Part shown: positions 61,601 to 64,000 of the stretch, piece after piece | Layout of the letters: each line of letters starts with the position of its first letter | How positions within the stretch are numbered: the first letter of the stretch is position 1 | Source of the DNA: Bilabrum cf. latius | Taxonomy: Eukaryota | DNA length: 64,000 nucleotides | Direction of reading: 5' to 3' | NCBI GenBank assembly: GCA_965178125.1 | Contig: OZ237755.1 | Coordinates: 62,001 to 126,000 of the forward strand | Notes under the pieces: model-generated | What the model saw: only the letters and a program-made list of their open reading frames with translations | Database searches by the model: none | Told to the model about the DNA's origin: nothing | Program-made: the position numbers and the translations under genes

Positions 61601-63912
61601 TCCTTGCCACGGGCGCCGCGCTGCAGAGATCCCCCTCACTGGACGCTGCTTCCGTGCTGCTGACCACAGAGACCACCGAGATCCTGCAGTGCGAGCGTGC
61701 GTCTCTGTTCCTGTACGACAGGCAGAGAGACGAGCTGTGGGCCCGCGTGTACCAGGGCACGTCCGACATGGCCTCGCTGGTGTCTGCCTCCACCAGTGCT
61801 GGCAGCGAGCAGCCCATGATGGAGATCCGTATGCCGGCCAGCAAGGGTGTGGCAGGCTGGGTAGCCACGCACGCAGAGCCGCTGCTGGTCACCGACGCGT
61901 ACGCCGACTCGCGCTTCAACACCGCGGCGGATGGACGCACCGGCTTCCGCACCCGAGACATCGTTGCGGTACCGATCATGGAAGGTCATGTGGTTGACAA
62001 GAGGAGACATGGTGCGGCAGGACAGGCCAGCGATGGACCGGGCACTAGCCCGCGGGACGGTGCCGGGTAGGATAGTCCCCGCGACCAGGTGCTGGGGGTG
62101 CTCATGGCAGTCAACCGGCGGCGGCAGCTGCAGGCAGCCCTCGGTGCAGGGAGCAGCGCGGCCAAAAAGGGCGCACAGGCACTCGGGCACGAAGGCTTCA
62201 GCCCCCTCGACGTTGTGCTGCTGGGCATCCTGAGCACACAGGCAGCCGCCATCATCCAGAGGGCCAGGCGTGAGGCCCGCGACAAGGCCAGGAAGCAGGC
62301 GAGAGACGCAGTGCTGCACATGATCCCGAGGTTGGACCGCCCTCTGAGGCCGCTCGTGGAGGCGCTGGGGCTGCGGGCGCGACTGTAGCAGGCCGCGTGC
62401 ATGGGAGAGGCTACCGCGGAGACTGAAGGGGGCACTCTTGCGGACAGTGGGTCAGGGAACAAGATGCAGGCATGGCCAGGGCACAGGGTGGGTGTGTTGT
62501 CCCACAGACCGCCCCCGTTCGTGTCAGACGAGCACGAGGCCATGCAGTCGCTGCTGTCCAAGGCGCTGGAGGCGCCGCAGGCTGGGTAGGAAGGCAGCGG
62601 GTCCGGCAAAGAGCCAGAGCCCGGCGAGGAGAAAGTGGGCACCTCCCTTGCACTCGTCACACGATCAGGGGCAGTCATCACCCGCATGCCCCTCCGGCTC
62701 GCGCCCCGGATGATGGTCCCCGTCGCCTCCCGCGTGATGCCGCTGGACCCGTGGCTCCTTCCAGACGGTGTGGACCCCGCGCTAGCGTGGGCGGAGCAGA
62801 CGCAACAGGCTGCTGCGGCGCTTGTTGGCTCTGCGGGCGCCCGTCTGTTTGTGCTAGCCGAGAGCACGGGCCGGCATGGGGGCGACCTGGGCTAGTCTCT
62901 GCACGAGGCCAGGGGCTCTCAGCTGCACGCGGGCGGCGCAAAGGGAACGGGCGCACGGCGGCCCCTGGGGTCTCCTCTGCAACCGCAAGATAAGCCGTCG
63001 GGCGGGCGCGACGGGTGGACCTCTCCCTATGCCAAGGGGAAGGGACAGGGCTAGGGACAGGGCTAGGGACAGGGCGGGTCCGGGCCCCAGCAGCAGGAAG
63101 GTGGCGCAGGCTGGTCGCAAGGCAAGTCATCTGCCTTCACCGGTTAGTCACTCGGTGGCTTGGGCAGCGGGGCCACCGATGGTACCCAGGGTGGCAGCAC
63201 GTCGACCCACCCAACCGGACCATGGTCCCCTGGTGTGGGGATGTTCTGGTTCAGCAGTCTCGACAGAGACGCACAAGCCTCCTACACGAGGCAATCCGCC
63301 AGCGATGCCGCTGCCGCGCCCGATCCGGACTCGCTGCGTGCCGGGCGGGTGGTGAAGCTGATGAGTGCGATGGAGACGGGGGCAAGCGGTACGCCCACCA
63401 CGCCTGAGCAGCGGCGGCGGCGCGCCATGCAGGAGGCCATGGAGGCGCGATGGGTAGAGGCGAGGCCGCGCGGGGATCGCTGCTGGGCGCCTAGGCACTC
63501 CGTTGACTCGATCGCTGGGAGGGCAGCGTCCCGCACCGGAGAGGACCTGAGCCCGCCACCCATGACTCCCGAGCTGGCCAAGCTGGGCGACCCTGTTGGC
63601 CTGGTGGATATCCTGCACCCGCCCGAGGGCACGGTGTCGGACCGAGGGGGCAGAGGGCCTCAGCTTATCCAGCCGCGGCCCTCGGCCTCCCCATGGCACA
63701 ACCCACGAATCGACCTCGACTGCGTGACCCCGCTCGCGGTAGTGCCATGCATGGACAGCAGGGGCAGGTGCACGGCGGTGCTGGAAGTGCCGCTGCTGAC
63801 GCCCACCGAGGGTGCTCTGGAGGCCCTGGCTCTCTTTGCTCGTGTCATCGGTTCCTAGGCAGCTGCCGTGCAAGGACTCGACCTCTGTGCCAGGGCATTC
63901 AGGGGTGTGTAA
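55636..63912 (+). CDS. Giant (~2760 aa) coiled-coil protein with C-terminal GAF domain(s)
   Basis: One frame from ATG 55636 to TAA 63910 with 14 TAGs. GAF motifs 'CERASLFLYD..ELW', 'GVAGWVA..LLVTDAYADSRFN..D..TGFRTRDIVAVPI', 'VLGVLMAVNR' and 'FSPLDVVLL'; possible degenerate second GAF 'AVVPCMDSRGRCTAVLEV'. Confidence 0.75.
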
Positions 63913-64000
63913 ATGCAGGCAGGGCGAGAGGCCGCGTTACCATGGATGGCATTTACAGTGTGACTTAGGTTTAAATTCCAATACAAATCCGTCTATCTGA

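Noticed and set aside
9384-62070. TAGs as 3' splice acceptors of tiny introns
   Set aside because: Most have no suitable upstream GT donor, the frame is preserved on both sides, and removing sequence would delete conserved motif residues. The TAG at 36613 was excluded from the count because it probably is intronic.
1-63912. In-frame TAGs as pseudogenisation, C-to-T damage or sequencing error
   Set aside because: These processes would also create TAA (from CAA), TGA (from CGA or TGG) and frameshifts. None is seen inside the 19 gene models, which include normally essential genes.

Overview
GC-rich, gene-dense eukaryotic nuclear DNA, probably from a flagellated protist; a stramenopile or bicosoecid origin is only an impression. 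I model 19 protein-coding genes with short GT-AG introns and short intergenic gaps. The main signal is a non-standard genetic code. The six-frame ORF track is fragmented because about 88 in-frame TAG codons (hand count, 18 of 19 genes) interrupt otherwise continuous reading frames, while no in-frame TAA or TGA occurs inside any gene model. All 18 genes that end in the window stop at TGA (15) or TAA (3). TAG sits at conserved Gln positions (TTLL 'S-Q-GKGIFL' and 'D-Q-xxNHxP', RPC5 'K-Q-xF'), alternates with CAG in (GQ)n repeats, and packs coiled coils. This points to UAG=Gln with UAA and UGA kept as stops (translation-table-15-like), a rare uncoupling of UAG from UAA. Read in that code, the window encodes an EF-hand/WD40 protein, an orphan membrane protein, a vigilin-like multi-KH protein, mitochondrial EF-G2, an HADHB-type thiolase, a ZIP transporter, p24/TMED10, a voltage-sensor-fused adenylyl cyclase, a small coiled-coil protein, MMADHC, a TTLL polyglutamylase, MRE11, an anoctamin, a CPA2 antiporter, an Ariadne RBR ligase, riboflavin kinase, RPC5, a large repeat/coiled-coil protein and a giant GAF protein. 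There are also three near-perfect minisatellites (45, 61 and 63 bp). Exon boundaries and start codons were called by hand and are provisional.
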